A stretch of 64,000 bases of DNA, taken from positions 43,400,001 to 43,464,000 of the forward strand of contig OZ024741.1 in assembly GCA_964016885.1 (NCBI GenBank), read 5' to 3'. Shown piece by piece: positions 39,736-53,200 of this stretch; the first letter of the stretch is position 1; every line of letters begins with the position of its first letter. Position numbers and translations under genes: made by a program. The stretch comes from Eledone cirrhosa (lineage: Eukaryota). The notes beneath the pieces are model-generated. The model had not been told where the DNA came from. It saw only the letters and a program-made list of their open reading frames with translations, and did no database searches.

Positions 39736-40139
39736 GTGCGTGTGTGGGGGTTGTGTATATTCTGCCAATCATAGGTAACTGCAAACAAACTGACTAGGTT
39801 AGACGATGTTTCTTACAGGCATATGCTTTTTTAGCGAAATTTAACAAAAACAAATACAATAACACCTAATTATCCCTAAAAAATAACAATAATACTAAAA
39901 AACATCGAAAACGGCAACATCAATATACCAATATGCTTTATTGACCATCGAGAAGTTGGGAGCAGTGTGACAGTGAAACACAGTGAAAACAAGTAGGGGA
40001 TTTCCATAAAGTAATCAGGTTGGCCCATAAATTAAAGATATCTTAATAAATAGGTAAAAAATAATGACAAATGATCGTATCGTTTGTTTTTTTATATATA
40101 GGTACAAAGTGGTGATGGGAGTAATAGTAGTGATGTTGC

Positions 40140-40180
<41 letters not shown>

Positions 40181-40384
40181 AATTGTGACGTTATTATAAT
40201 AGTAGTAATATATTTACTTATTCCTTTAAATAAAATTTCATACTTCCAAGCCGATAAAATAAATTACAGTCACGTACTAATAGAGCATAATAGAACGTTC
40301 CCTTTCCCCAAATTACTGGCCTTTTGCCTAAAGAAGAAATCATTACTTCTGAGAAAGGTTATTGTACTGAATTGATAAACATAA

Positions 40385-40670
40385 TGACCATGATGATGAT
40401 GATGATGATGATGACATAAGATGATGATGATGATGATCTTGATGGATGATGACGATGATGACGATGAGGATAATGATGACGACGTAAGCTGGTGACGATG
40501 ATGATCATGATGGATGATGATGATGATGATGGTTAAATAGTGCTGGTGATGATCATGATTATGATGGTGAAGCTGACGCTGGTGAAGGCAATATTGATGA
40601 TGATGATGATGATGATGATGTTGATGATGTTGATGTTGATGTTGATGATGATGACATTGCTGATGATCAC
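40385..40670. repeat. Degenerate (GAT)n microsatellite
   Basis: Directly visible. Confidence 0.9.
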
Positions 40671-40689
40671 AATGGTATAACTGTAGCTA

Positions 40690-40749
40690 CCGACTTAACC
40701 CTCCCCTTCAAATTGCTGGCCTTGTGCCTAAAGTAGAAACAATTATTAT
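40690..40749 (+). mobile_element. SINE 3' terminal fragment ending in (ATT)n
   Basis: cgacttaaccctccccttcaaattgctggccttgtgcctaaagtagaaacaattatta. Confidence 0.75.
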
Positions 40750-40831
40750 ATAATTGTTTCATTTGTTTTGGTGATGTGTTAGTTGTCATTGTTGTTGTTA
40801 TCATTATTTTTAGTAGTAATTTTTTATCATT

Positions 40832-40862
<31 letters not shown>

Positions 40863-41919
40863 CCATCATCGTTGAAGTTATTTGATAATGTTATCATAAT
40901 TAATTTGACAGTATAGGTAAACAAAGTGAATTGCGACAGTTTCTCCTTCCATTACTGATTTGTTTTTGATAAGAGGTGAGATCAATATCACAACATCACT
41001 GACCTTCAGCCATGGTTACCATCTTTAGAGGCTTAAGCCTACTATATTGTTTACTATCCTTTATAGAAAGTTAATGTTTAGAAAATTATAGCAAGAAGAG
41101 AAAATAATAAACGATATAATTTATTTTTTGTTTTATTTCAAAATTCTGTTTCTCTTAAATAGAAATTCACAATTAATTATTCTCACAATGAATAGATAAA
41201 CAGTGACTATAGTTCCTCCAAAAATATCCTTATACTAAGTAGTCAGAAAGGCAAAAGCCGTTGCTATGAATCTTTCCAGGGATTACAAGATGGTGTGTAG
41301 AAAAGTATCCTTAAAATGTAGTCACGGTCCGAAGTCTCGCATTTGAGTGAAGGCTCTGCTAAAGGTTTCCAAGCGGATTGTTTTGATATTAGACCGAGAG
41401 AAGTATATAAGAGTGAGAACGTATTTCAAATAGAGAAACAGTTTTCTTTTTCTAATGTTTAATACGTTCATGTTTCTCTTGCGGATGACATATATAAAAG
41501 TATAATACATACAAGAAAACAGATTTAGTGTACATATGCTTTTGGAAAATAGTCACAGGGTAAACGTAATGAGAAAGGCTACGAACTCCTAACGTAGATA
41601 GTTGTCTCAAATGCCAAATCAAATTAGTTATGAAACTGCGAAAGGTACCTTTGTGACAGGGCATGTTTACGTGTTTGTTATGGTGTAAATTTTATGATTA
41701 TGGATTTGTATACGTTTTTACAATTCTATAAGTATTTTTAAAATTGTGTGTGAATATCAACAAGTGTTTCATTATTTGTATGTATGTATGGTCTCGTAAC
41801 TCCTGGGAATTTTAAGCCTGGCGGAGCCCATCCCTCTCGAGGTTTGTGTACAGCAAATTTCTTCAAGAGAAAGATAGAAAGTGAGCGAGAAACGAGAAAG
41901 AGATATAGAGGAAGAATCG

Positions 41920-42302
41920 GCCCCAATAGGAGACTTGTACTTTTTTCTATCGACCTCGAAAGGATGAAAGACAAAGTTGACGTTCTAACGACTCTGCCAA
42001 TTCGCCGCCATTATCTTACTAATTAATTGTTTCTACTTTTGGTATTACTGGTGCTTTATTTTATCGACCCCGTAAAGATGAAAGGCAAAGTTAACCTCGG
42101 CGGGATTTGAACTTAGAACGTAACGGGCAATAACTCGATGTTGCAAAGCATAGTGTCTGACGCTCTACTAATGCTACCAATCCACCGCCCTTAAATAATT
42201 GTTTCTACTTTTGGCAGAAGGCCAGCAATTACCCAGTACATTACTGGTACTTTATTTTATCGACCCCGTAAGGATGAAAGGCAAAGTTAACCACCGCCCT
42301 TA
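41920..42302 (-). mobile_element. Head-to-tail cluster of three SINE copies (outer two internally deleted)
   Basis: Copies lie at ~41920-42010, 42022-42192 and 42195-42302 and share the atcgacc..aggatgaaag.caaagtt core. Confidence 0.85.
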
Positions 42303-42667
42303 AATAATGTACTCAAATTGATTGATTATGTTTGGACCTAGTACCAATATCTGTCATCGTTAATTTCTTTAATTGTTTAACTGTATTTTGCCCTAGAACT
42401 GAAATCTGTTCTTCATTAGTATGACTAATTTTGGTCCTAATATTAGTGTTTGTTAATTCGTACTAGTTCACATTAACGTACTGCATATATGACAATGGCT
42501 CTTATATATTCAAAATTAATATTTTATATTGGTTGATTCTATTTGGCCCTAGTACCGGGATATGTTTGTTGTTAGTTGTGCATTTCGTCATAATACCAGT
42601 ATTTAGTTATCATGATTTGTTTACAGTGACTGACTGCATGTGCTCTTAACACTAGCATCTGTTTATT

Positions 42668-42853
42668 GGTGGATTGGCAGTGTCGGTAGAGGATCGGACG
42701 CCATGCTTTGCAGCAAAGAGTTACAGCCCTTTATGGTCTGAGTTCAAATCCCGCCGAGGTTACCTTTGCCTTTCATCCTTACGCGGTCGATAAAATAAAG
42801 TACCAGTAATGCACTGAGATGATTGCCGGCCTTGTGCCAAAAGTAGAAATAAT
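42668..42853 (+). mobile_element. Near full-length tRNA-derived SINE (A/B boxes, conserved central domain)
   Basis: A-box-like tggcagtgtcggtag, B-box gagttcaaatccc, central gcctttcatcctt..cggtcgataaaataaagtacc, and 3' end ggccttgtgccaaaagtagaaataat. Confidence 0.85.
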
Positions 42854-43818
42854 AGCAGGTTGTTCATAGTTAACTGACATTCTTTCCTCTGGGTAAATAC
42901 GTTTATTTAAATATAGACGAACTGTAAAAAACAATATTTTAAAATCTTGCCTTTGTCAGTCGCTTTGTGATGACATTTTAAATGCAAATTACTAAACAAA
43001 TCAGAGTGAGGTTAAATTTACTGGTGAAACAATAATGCTAGAGGGCAAACGGGAAGTAAAAGATTGGAAACCCCTGACGTACATATATTTGATACATAAA
43101 TATATATAGCTTAGATTTAAAGTCAGACGAGCAATGAACTTGCGAGGTGTGCTTTTGTCATAAAACTTTATATAGCCATTAGGCATATAGAAATGCAATC
43201 TCTACACCAGATACGTCAGTCTGTGCTTCAACACCATTTGACAAATAACATTAACAATGTTGTCTGTAACAACCACTTTATTTTTCTACACCTCTACCAC
43301 ATTATCCAAACTGTGAGTTGTTTTCTAAAGCTGGACTCAGTTAATAAACTATGGTTCAAAATGATTTGAAGAAGATAACGTTTGTTATTTTTTTATGTCT
43401 TTTTTGGTATTGGTTTTATGTGTTTTTCTCATTCTGTTCAATTTACTCTATTCTATTTTTTCTTTAAATTTCATGTTCACATATTATTTTATTCATTGTG
43501 TTGATACTGTAGTTATCATTTTGTGTATGCGTCTTTTTTATTTTTGGCATTTTGTTTCTTTCTCGAAACACAATGTGTTTGTCATTCATTTCCATTTAGG
43601 CATGAAATTGTTGATAAACTGCGAATCTGATATCCTTACAGAAAATGGTAAGTTGCCAGACAAATTCAAAACTAAAGTCAGAAGAAAAGAAATTGAAAAT
43701 GTGTGAATACGTACATACATGTTCACGTACATTCGTGTTCGATATATGCATGCATATGCACATACATAGATATAAACGTTTAAAACAAAGAAGACAATAT
43801 TACATACAAGAACTTTAA

Positions 43819-43883
43819 TCAATAACAGTCGTAATAATAATAATAACAACACCACCACCAACAACACAATAACAACAACAACA

Positions 43884-43918
<35 letters not shown>
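43819..43918. repeat. (AAC)/(AAT)n microsatellite forming the left flank and tail of the Tx1 array
   Basis: Pure AAT from 43889 to 43918, abutting the element 3' end. Confidence 0.95.
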
Positions 43919-43920
<2 letters not shown>

Positions 43921-44167
43921 TTTCTTTATTAACCACAAGGGTTTACATAAAGTAGACATTAAGGACAGTGCAGGACAATGCAGGACGGTACAAATGGGCA
44001 TTTCTGCGTGTAAAAAACAAAAACAGAGGATGTAACAAAAATAACAATGAAAAATTCCCCAATAGGGGGGAGACTTCGGAGGGACATTTGTGGAGAAAGC
44101 CCAGTAAAAAGCCACAATGACCCTGACCACCAAGGCAAGTGCCCTCTCCCAGTTTTCCACCTTTAGT

Positions 44168-47100
44168 TTACAGATATATACTCAGAGTCGGCCCATTCAC
44201 TCGGGCCATTCTTGCTTCTCTCACCCATCTTTCAACAAAATGCTGGGAAGAGAGCACTTCCCTCTCTACTCTGATTTTCCTTTTCAAATGAAATTTGAAA
44301 AAGTCAATCAGAGCATCACCGAAGAGGTAAGTGCTCGTCTTCAGCCCTTTCAAACGTGTCCACCATACTATCTCTTTCGCCATGGCCACCAGACAGATAA
44401 AAACTGCCTGCCCTTCCCGGCTAAAGGAGGAGGGCGGGGCAATCCTCACGATGGACTCAGATGATAGCTGGATCCGTCCTAAACGCGACAGCAGGTGTTC
44501 GACATAAACCCACAAGTCAGCAATTTTCGGACACTGGACGAGTGCGTGCAGGACGGTTTCGTCGCCCTGCGCGCATCTCGGACATACCCGGCTGACGGCA
44601 CCTCCATGCCTGTAGAGTTTATCCCGAACTGGCAAGGCTCCTCGGTAGCACTGCCAGGCCAGAGATTTCTGGAAGTTGTCAATAGGCCCTGGCCCGAAAG
44701 TTCTTCCGAAGAGATTGGCTAGTTGATTTTCGTCGACGCCTAGAGTTTCCCCAAGTACGTCGTCGCTCTTCCCCTCCACTAATCCTCTATAGAACGCCGA
44801 GGTGGAGTTTCCACCGATCACATTGCCCGATTGGTCGAGGGCTGTGAGCGCCTGAAGACATTCCAGTCTCCAGGCGCTCCCTCTCGGTCTTCGCTTGACC
44901 CAGGACTGCAGCTCCGTCAAGGAAACGAGCTGGGGAAAAACGCGTCTAGCAAACGGCGACCACACCTGATCACCGTCGAGGAAGAGGTGGAGATGTCGTA
45001 GCCTGAGCGCGTGCCTGCGCATCATCAGCCACGGCATGCCCAGCCCTCCACGTAGCGGGTGTTGACAAAAGATGGACCGCCTGACCATCGGAGCACGTCC
45101 CTTCCACAAAAAGCGAAAGAGCAAACGCTCCAGCGCAGTCAGGCGAGGCTTAGGACAAGGTACGACGGTTAGGCGGTAGCAGATGACAGACGCGATGTAC
45201 GCGTTAGCCACCTCCGCTCGACCTTTCAGGGATAGCTTCCTCTCCGCCCATTTCTGGGTGAGAGAAGCCACCCTGCTCGTCACCTCGTCCCAGTTTTTGT
45301 CCGTCTGGAGGTCCGGACCGAACCAGACCCCTAGCAATTTAACCGGTCCGTCCGTCCAGCGCCCGACGACGCTGTTGGACGGCATGGACCTGCCTCTCCA
45401 GGTGCCGAGCTGCAGGCCCACTGACTTTTCCTGGTTGATCATTGCTCCTGTCACCGCTTCGTATTCTCTTGGTGTAGTGCCGATCGCCTCGATGTGTTTG
45501 GCGTTCGACACCACTACGGTGACATCGTCCGCATATGCTGACACGGATCTTCCGCATCCTAGTTCGCGCGGGACTCCCCTCAACGTCTCCAGTTTGTGCA
45601 GTAATGGCTCGAGAGTCAATACGTACAAGAGGGACGAGAGGGGACATCCTTGGCGGACCGAGCGCATGATGTTGAACGGTTCCGACAGGTGACCGTTCAC
45701 TCTCACCACAGAGCAGATGTCGCTGTGCATGGCAGCGATCCAGCCTCTGAAGACGGGCCCAAAGCCAGCCGCCCTCAGGACTGCCGCTAGGTAACGATGG
45801 TCGACCCTATCGAAAGCTTTCGACTGATCTAAATTGATCAAGGACCCACCCGTGCCAGGTTCCCTAGCTACCCTCTCTACGATGTATCGCATGAGGTGGA
45901 GGTTGTCGTGGATGGATCTGTCGGGAATGGCGCATGTCTGCGTCTCTCCCACCAGACCACCAACGACAAGCGCCAACCTCTTTGCTAGCACCTTGGCCAA
46001 AATCTTAAACTCTGTGTTTAGCAGAGTTATGGGCCGGAAATTTTCTATGTTATCCCCCTTGTTCGGATCCTTTCTCAGCAGTGCCACCGCTCCTCGGCTC
46101 ACAGAACTGGGAATTCTCCCGTTCTGTTGCCAGTTGCAGTAGACGTCCGCCAAGAGGCCTCCGAACAAGTCTGGCATCTGTACGTAAAGTTCATAGGGCA
46201 GACCATCCAAACCAGGCGATTTACCCCTTGTGCAGCCAGTCATTGCCTCCCTTACTTCAGCGGCTGTTATCGGCTTTTCGCAACACTTCGCCTCAGTGGC
46301 CGAGAGCTGCGGCAGTCCGTCGAGGTAGACACTAAAGTCCATCCCTCTACCCGGCCCCCCGCTGCCCCCGAACAGCTGAGCAAAGTGTCGCTGAAAAGCT
46401 TCACACATTTGCCCGGGATCGAGTAGCATGCGCCCGTCGTGGTCCACCAAAGACCGGATCGTGGCTTTGTTGCCACGACGCGCCTCCGCCACTCGGGCCC
46501 ATTGAACGGCTTTCGTCCCCTCGTGTCTGAGAGCACGCACCCTAGCTCTGACAACGCAGCCTTCGTGCTTTGCATTGAAGAATTGGTCAAGGGCCAATTT
46601 CGCCGCAAGCACGTCGGTCGCAATGCCTTTGCTAAGCGCCTCGTCTAATTTTTTAACTAGTTCTCCCTCTGCTCTATTTTTCTCTATTGCTAAAGCCTTA
46701 CTAAACCTAATCGATTCTATTCTAATCGCTCTTTTCAGAGCAAACCACCACTTGTTGTTGACGATGGCCCCCGTCAACGCCCGCTTAACTAGTTCGCTAA
46801 TCCGGTCTCTGTAGGCCTTGCGCGCTGGTAAGGACGCGTTTAGCTTCCAGTAGCCGGGTCCTCGTCTATGAAGCCTATCTAAGTCAAGCACACAGGTCAC
46901 GAATTTGTGGTCCGTGTAGCTGACTATCTTGAATTGTGGACAGCCTATGCTAGACCTATCTATTTCCCTACAAAATACTCTATCTAGATATGATCTGGAT
47001 GACCCTATGCGGTTTGTCCAAGTCCACATTGGCACATTCGGGAAATCCAATCGGTACCTGTCAGACAGTTCAAAACGCCTGAGCAGGTTGGTGAGGCTCT

Positions 47101-47587
47101 TGCACGCTCCACCCCTATCCGCTAATCCCACACAGTCCCAGCGTGCATCTAAGATCCCGTTCCAGTCGCCCACTAACACTAAAGAGCGGGACGTTCCAAG
47201 AAAGGTCTCCAGACGTCGGAAGAAATCAGGCCGCCCTGCTCCTGTCGGAGCATAGACGGCCACTAGCCTGAAAGCTTGCCCGTCTCCGCTGGTCACGTCC
47301 AGCACCACCAGCTTACCCTCTGGGTCCAGGAAGATGGCCCGTATGGCGAGATCCAAACCTCTCCGAAAAAGCACAGCAACTCCTCCACCCGATCCAGGAC
47401 GACTGGGAGATGCGTACACATCTTAGCCGCCGAAGATCGGTGCGAAGGCCCGTGCTTCGGAGATTCTGGTCTCGCTGATGGCCACTACATCTATGTTTAG
47501 TGACCTGAGGTCGTTGAGCAGGTGAACCTGCTTCCATGACGACCCCAAGCCACTCGCATTTATGCTGCCTATTCTGAGTGAGGTCAT
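44168..47587 (-). pseudogene. Copy 1 ORF2 (APE-RT-CCHC); one nonsense codon (TAA ~47423), then 1083 open codons
   Basis: GDWN, LDR, TDH, QGCPLS, YADD and CPRCAQGDETVLHALVQC. Copies 2 and 3 have TAC at the stop position. Confidence 0.92.
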
Positions 47588-47622
47588 GTTTAAAATAGAG
47601 TGGAAAAGATGGGAAAGACCAC

Positions 47623-49720
47623 TTACCGTACTTTTTGTAGAGGAGGGATGGTTTTTACATCCCTTTTCACTTGATCGTCTGGTGAAGGGACCGTTGAATC
47701 GTCCCTTCGGCTGGTCGTCGGCTCTTCTAAGAGAATGTCTGAATATACTCTTCGATTGATGGTTCCTCCTAGGTCCCTGAAATCACCAACTGCGTTGGGG
47801 AATTTCGTTTTAATGTTTGTGTATTGTTTCTGTGCTATTTTTAGCAGTCTTATGTTAGTTGGCGTTTTGATTGGTGCTGGTATTATGTAGTCCTGTTGTG
47901 AAATGTCTGTGTGTTCAATTATGTAAGTCATTAGTTTCTTGTTGTGTGTGTTTATTGCCGTGCATTTGTTTTTCTGGGGGTGGGGTGTGGTCCTGCTATT
48001 TTCTTGTCGTTGTTGCTGGGTGTGTGTGTTTTGTTGTTGTGTTTGCGATGTTGGTGCTTGTGGTGGTGGTGTTGAAGGTGTTGTTGGCGGTGGGGTTGTC
48101 GCCGGTGGTGATGGTGGTGCTGGTGTGGGTGGTGATGGTGTTGGTGGTGTTGCTGCTGTGGGTCTCTTTGCAGTAGACTTTACCCTTTTCTCATTTCTTT
48201 CCTCCCTTTTCAAAGGCGACGATGCGCTGCTTCTGCGTTTGTGCCTTCTTACGACCTTTTGCCATCCCTCTCCCACCTCACACTCCATGTCTGATTCTGT
48301 GAGGTCGGGGAGGGGTACCAGCTCCACTCTTTCACTTGTTGTTGTTGGTGATGTTTGCACTGGAGTCTCTGTTGCAGCTGCATTTGGTATTGCTGTTGTT
48401 GTTGTTAATATTTCCACTGCTGCTGCTGTTTTTGATTTCCGTGGAGTGGGTATGGGTGCCACGGGCCTATCGTTCCTGGTTGCCGCTTGTCCTGTTGCTG
48501 GTAGCCGTGGAGCCGGATTCGGAAGGAGGGGGGTTTTCTCCTTTCTCAGGGTCTTCTCGTTGCAGAAGGCCCTGAGGTGAGTCTTCGATCCACAGCGAAA
48601 GCATTTCGGGCGTTTGCCCTCAACACTTATGGGCAGTTGAGTGCCGTTATCGAAGTCTATCACATCCGGGATAGCTTCGATGCACTACTGGTTGGTTTGG
48701 ATTAGCATCTCAATGGAGGAGCCGACCCAATCTTCTCTTACTTTTTTCTGTACTTGCAGTACAGTTGTTTTGTCCTCGATTCCGACGAGGACAGACGCGG
48801 CCAGCCAAGAAGGGGTCATTCCGGGGGGGGACGTGGGTCAGTTTGACCCTCACAATTTTTTGCCCGCAGTAGGAGGGCACCAACACCATTTCCTCGCTCC
48901 TTAGGGTCACTACTGATTGGGCCTTTGCCTCCTGGGGTGTGGCAAAAAGTACGTCTACGGTGGCATATTTTTTGCCTCGGGTGATGTGCGTTTTCCGCTG
49001 CCACACAGACCCCAAGGCTTTTTGTATTTGGGCCTCTGTGGCTCTTTCTACCCTACGGGATTTTGTACTTACTGTACGGTACGTGACCGTGCAGTGCTCT
49101 TGGGTTTCGAAAAATTTTTCCGCTGCCTTGCAGATTGCTCGGTGTTCGTTCTTTGTCACCATCTTCTTCGCTTCCTCTAATTCCTCATTTGTTATGAGGA
49201 TTGTTTCCAAGTTTTTCGCAATACCTGCAAATGAGATTGGTTTTTCTCTGCTGTTGTTGTTGTCGTCAGAGCTGCTGGTACTTTTGTTGTTGCTGCAGGT
49301 ACTACGACTACTGCCTCCGCCGCTGTTGCTCTGGTTGTTGTTGGTGTTGCTGCTGCTAATGCTGTTGTTGTTTATGCTGCTGGTGATGCTGTTGCGGCTG
49401 CTACTGTTGTTTTCATTGTCACTGTTGCTGTTGTCATTACGGCTGCTACTGCTATTATTCCTGACGTCAGACGAATGAACTGGGTTTTCGTATTTCCCGC
49501 ACACCTGTTTCGTCGCTGTCGTGGTCGTCGTGGAGAAACCTTGCACGCTTTGCACGAGACTTTTCTTTTCTTTCGTCACTTGCGAAAGAGAAGGGAGGGA
49601 GAGAGACACATTTAAAGAAGGGAGGGAGAGAGACAATCTTCTCTCTGCTGTAGTGATGATTGAGGAAGAAGAAGACGGAATGAGTGGGAGTGACGTATGA
49701 AATTTCTTTTTCGTAGCCAT
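47623..49720 (-). pseudogene. Copy 1 ORF1 (Ser/Asn-rich N-terminus, CCHC knuckle, Pro/Thr-rich region); frameshift in the G-run at ~48823-48830 and TAG at 48685-48687
   Basis: ORFs 48710-49756 and 47623-48663; CFRCGSKTHLRAFC. The correct frame across the G-run is shown by copy 3 (PSWLAASVLVG). Confidence 0.85.
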
Positions 49721-49936
49721 GTTGTTTTTTTGTTTAAAATGAAATTTTGGGTACAAAACCCCAATAACTGGTTATTTAACCCCGAAGGGCCAAATAACGG
49801 ACAGAAAGACCCCTCTCACGAGGAGGAGGGTGTCTTTATCAACAATTTGGTTCAAGTTTTAAACAATTTACAATTGTTTTAACGGTTAAAAATTACTATA
49901 CCTTACAGAGCCGAGCCTCCGTCAACCATGGCATTC

Positions 49937-49975
<39 letters not shown>

Positions 49976-50002
49976 TATAATAATAATAATAATTATAATA
50001 AT
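49937..50002. repeat. (AAT)n spacer 1 (66 nt, two TAT interruptions)
   Basis: Directly visible. Confidence 0.97.
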
Positions 50003-50252
50003 GATTTCTTTATTAACAACAAGGGTTTACATAAAGTAGACATTAAGGACAGTGCAGGACAATGCAGGACGGTACAAATGGGCATTTCTGCGTGTAAAAA
50101 ACAAAAACAGAGGATGTAACAAAAAATAACAATGAAAAATTCCCCAATAGGGGGCAGGCTTCGGAGGGACATTTGTGGAGAAAGCCCAGTAAAAAGACAC
50201 AATGACCCTGACCACCAAGGCAAGTGCCCTCTCCCAGTTTTCCACCTTTAAT

Positions 50253-53200
50253 TTACAGATATATACTCAGAGTAGGCCCATTCACTCGGGCCATTCTTGC
50301 TTCTCTCACCCATCTTTCAACAAAATGCTGGGAAGAGAGCACTTCCCTCTCTACTCTGATTTTCCTTTTCAAATGAAATTTGAAAAAGTCAATCAGAGCA
50401 TCACCGAAGAGGTAAGTGCTCGTCTTCAGCCCTTTCAAACGTGTCCACCATACTATCTCTTTCACCATGGCCACCAGGCAGATAAAAACTGCCTGCCCTT
50501 CCCGGCTAAAGGAGGAGGGCGGGGCAATCCTCACGATGGACTCAGATGATAGCCGGATCCGTCCTAAACGCGACAGCAGGTGTTCGACATAAACCCACAA
50601 GTCAGCAATTTTCGGACACTGGACGAGTGCGTGCAGGACCGTTTCGTCGCCCTGCGCGCATCTCGGACATGCCCGGCTGACAGCACCTCCATGCCTGTAG
50701 AGTTTATACCGAACTGGCAAGGCTCCTCGGTAGCACTGCCAAGCCAGAGATTTCTGGAAGTTGTCCATAGGCCCTGGCCCGAAAGTTCTTCCGAAGAGAT
50801 TGGCTAGTTGATTTTCGTCGACGCCTAGAGTTTCCCCAAGTACGTCGTCGCTCTTCCCCTCCACTAATCCTCTATAGAACGCCGAGGTGGAGTTTCCACC
50901 GATCACATTGCCCGATTGGTCGAGGGCTGGGAGCGCCTGAAGACATTCCAGTCTCCAGGCGCTCCCTCTCGGTCTTCGCTTGACCCAGGACTGCAGCTCC
51001 GTCAAGGAAACGAGCTGGGGAAAAACGCGTCTAGCAAACGGCGACCACACCTGATCACCGTCGAGGAAGAGGTGGAGATGTCGTAGCCTGAGCGCGTGCC
51101 TGCGCATCATCAGCCACGGCATGCCCAGCCCTACACGTAGCAGGTGTTGACAACAGATGGACCGCCTGACCATCGGAGCACGTCCCTTCCACAAAAAGCG
51201 AAAGAGCAAACGCTCCAGTGCAGTCAGGCGAGGCTTAGGACAAGGTACGACGGTTAGGCGGTAGCAGATGACAGAGGCGATGTACGCGTTAGCCACCTCC
51301 GCTCGACCTTTCAGGGATAGCTTCCTCTCCGCCCATTTCTGGGTGAGAGAAGCCACCCTGCTCGTCACCTAGTCCCAGTTTTTGTCCGTCTGGAGGTCCG
51401 GACCGAACCAGACCCCTAGCAATTTAACCGGTCCGTCCGTCCAGCGCCCGACGACGCTGTTGGACGGCATGGACCTGCCTCTCCAGGTGCCGAGCTGCAG
51501 GCCCACTGACTTTTCCTGGTTGATCATTGCTCCTGTCACCGCTTCGTATTCTCTTAGTGTAGTGCCGATCGCCTCGATGTGTTTGGCGTTCGACACCACT
51601 ACGGTGACATCGTCCGCATATGCTGACACGGATCTTCCGCATCCTAGTTCGCGCGGGACTCCCCTCAACGTCTCCAGTTTGTGCAGTAATGGCTCGAGAG
51701 TCAATACGTACAAGAGGGACGAGAGGGGACATCCTTGGCGGACCGAGCGCATGATGTTGAACGGTTCCGACAGGTGACCGTTCACTCTCACCACAGAGCA
51801 GATGTCGCTGTGCATGGCAGCGATCCAGCCTCTGAAGACGGGCCCAAAGCCAGCCGCCCTCAGGACTGCCGCTAGGTAACGATGGTCGACCCTATCGAAA
51901 GCTTTCGACTGATCTAAATTGATCAAGGACCCACCCGTGCCAGGTTCCTTAGCTACCCTCTCTATGATGTATCGCATGAGGTGGAGGTTGTCGTGGATGG
52001 ATCTGTCGGGAATGGCGCATGTCTGCGCCTCTCCCACCAGACCACCAACGACAAGCGCCAACCTCTTTGCTAGCACCTTGGCCAAAATCTTAAACTCTTT
52101 GTTTAGCAGAGTTATGGGCCGGAAATTGTCTATGTTATCCCCCTTGTTCGGATCCTTTCTCAGCAGTGCCACCGCTCCTCGGCTCACAGAACTGGGAATT
52201 CTCCCGTTCTGTTGCCAGTTGCAGTAGACGTCCGCCAAGAGGCCTCCGAACAAGTCTGGCATCTGTACGTAAAGTTCATAGGGCAGACCATCCAAACCAG
52301 GCGATTTACCCCTTGTGCAGCCAGTCATTGCCTCCCTTACTTCAGCGGCTGTTATCGGCTTTTCGCAACACTTCGCCTCAGTGGCCGAGAGCCTCGGCAG
52401 TCCGTCGAGGTAGACACTAAAGTCCATCCCTCTACCCGGCCCACCGCTGCCCCCGAACAGCTGAGCGAAGTGTCGCTGAAAAGCTTCACACATTTGCCCG
52501 GGATCGAGTAGCATGCGCCCGTCGTGGTCCACCAAAGACCGGATCGTGGCTTTGTTGCCACGACGCGCCTCCGCCACTCGGGCCCATTGAACGGCTTTCG
52601 TCCCCTCGTGTCTGAGAGCACGCACCCTTGCTCTGACAACGCAGCCTTCGTGCTTTGCATTGAAGAATTGGTCAAGGGCCAATTTCGCCGCAAGCACGTC
52701 GGTCGCAATGCTTTTGCTAAGCGCCTCGTCTAATTTTCTAACTAGTTCTCCCTCTGCTCTATTTTTCTCTATTGCTAAAGCCTTACTAAACCTAATCGAT
52801 TCTATTCTAATCGCTCTTTTCAGAGCAAACCACCACTTGTTGTTGACGATGGCCCCCGTCAACGCCCGCTTAACTAGTTCGCTAATCCGGTCTCTGTAGG
52901 CCTTGCGCGCTGGTAAGGACGCGTTTAGCTTCCAGTAGCCGGGTCCTCGTCTATGAAGCCTATCTAAGTCAAGCACACAGATCACGAATTTGTGGTCCGT
53001 GTAGCTGACTATCTTGAATTGTGGACAGCCTATGCTAGACCTATCTATTTCCCTACAAAATACTCTATCTAGATATGATCTGGATGACCCTATGCGATTT
53101 GTCCAAGTCCACATTGGCGCATTCGGGAAATCCAATCGGTACATGTCAGACAGTTCAAAACGCCTGAGCAGGTTGGTGAGGCTCTTGCACGCTCCACCCC

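Larger units (their letters stand above)
43919..49936 (-). mobile_element. Tx1/L1-clade LINE, array copy 1 (full length, 6018 bp)
   Basis: 5' end GAATGCCATGGTTGACGGAGG, ORF1 and ORF2 present, 3' end AATAAAGAAATC(ATT)n. Confidence 0.95.

Noticed and set aside
45183-49478. Plus-strand ORFs of 100-213 aa repeated in each Tx1 copy
   Set aside because: They are antisense shadows of GC-rich ORF1/ORF2, repeated only because the element is repeated, and show no recognisable motif.
49805-49838. CCTCCTCGTG motif in the Tx1 5' UTR, resembling the L3 loop of HDV/R2-type ribozymes
   Set aside because: P3 does not pair in the canonical register and no P1.1 GG follows the would-be P1. The segment folds as a simple hairpin ~100 nt from the 5' end.
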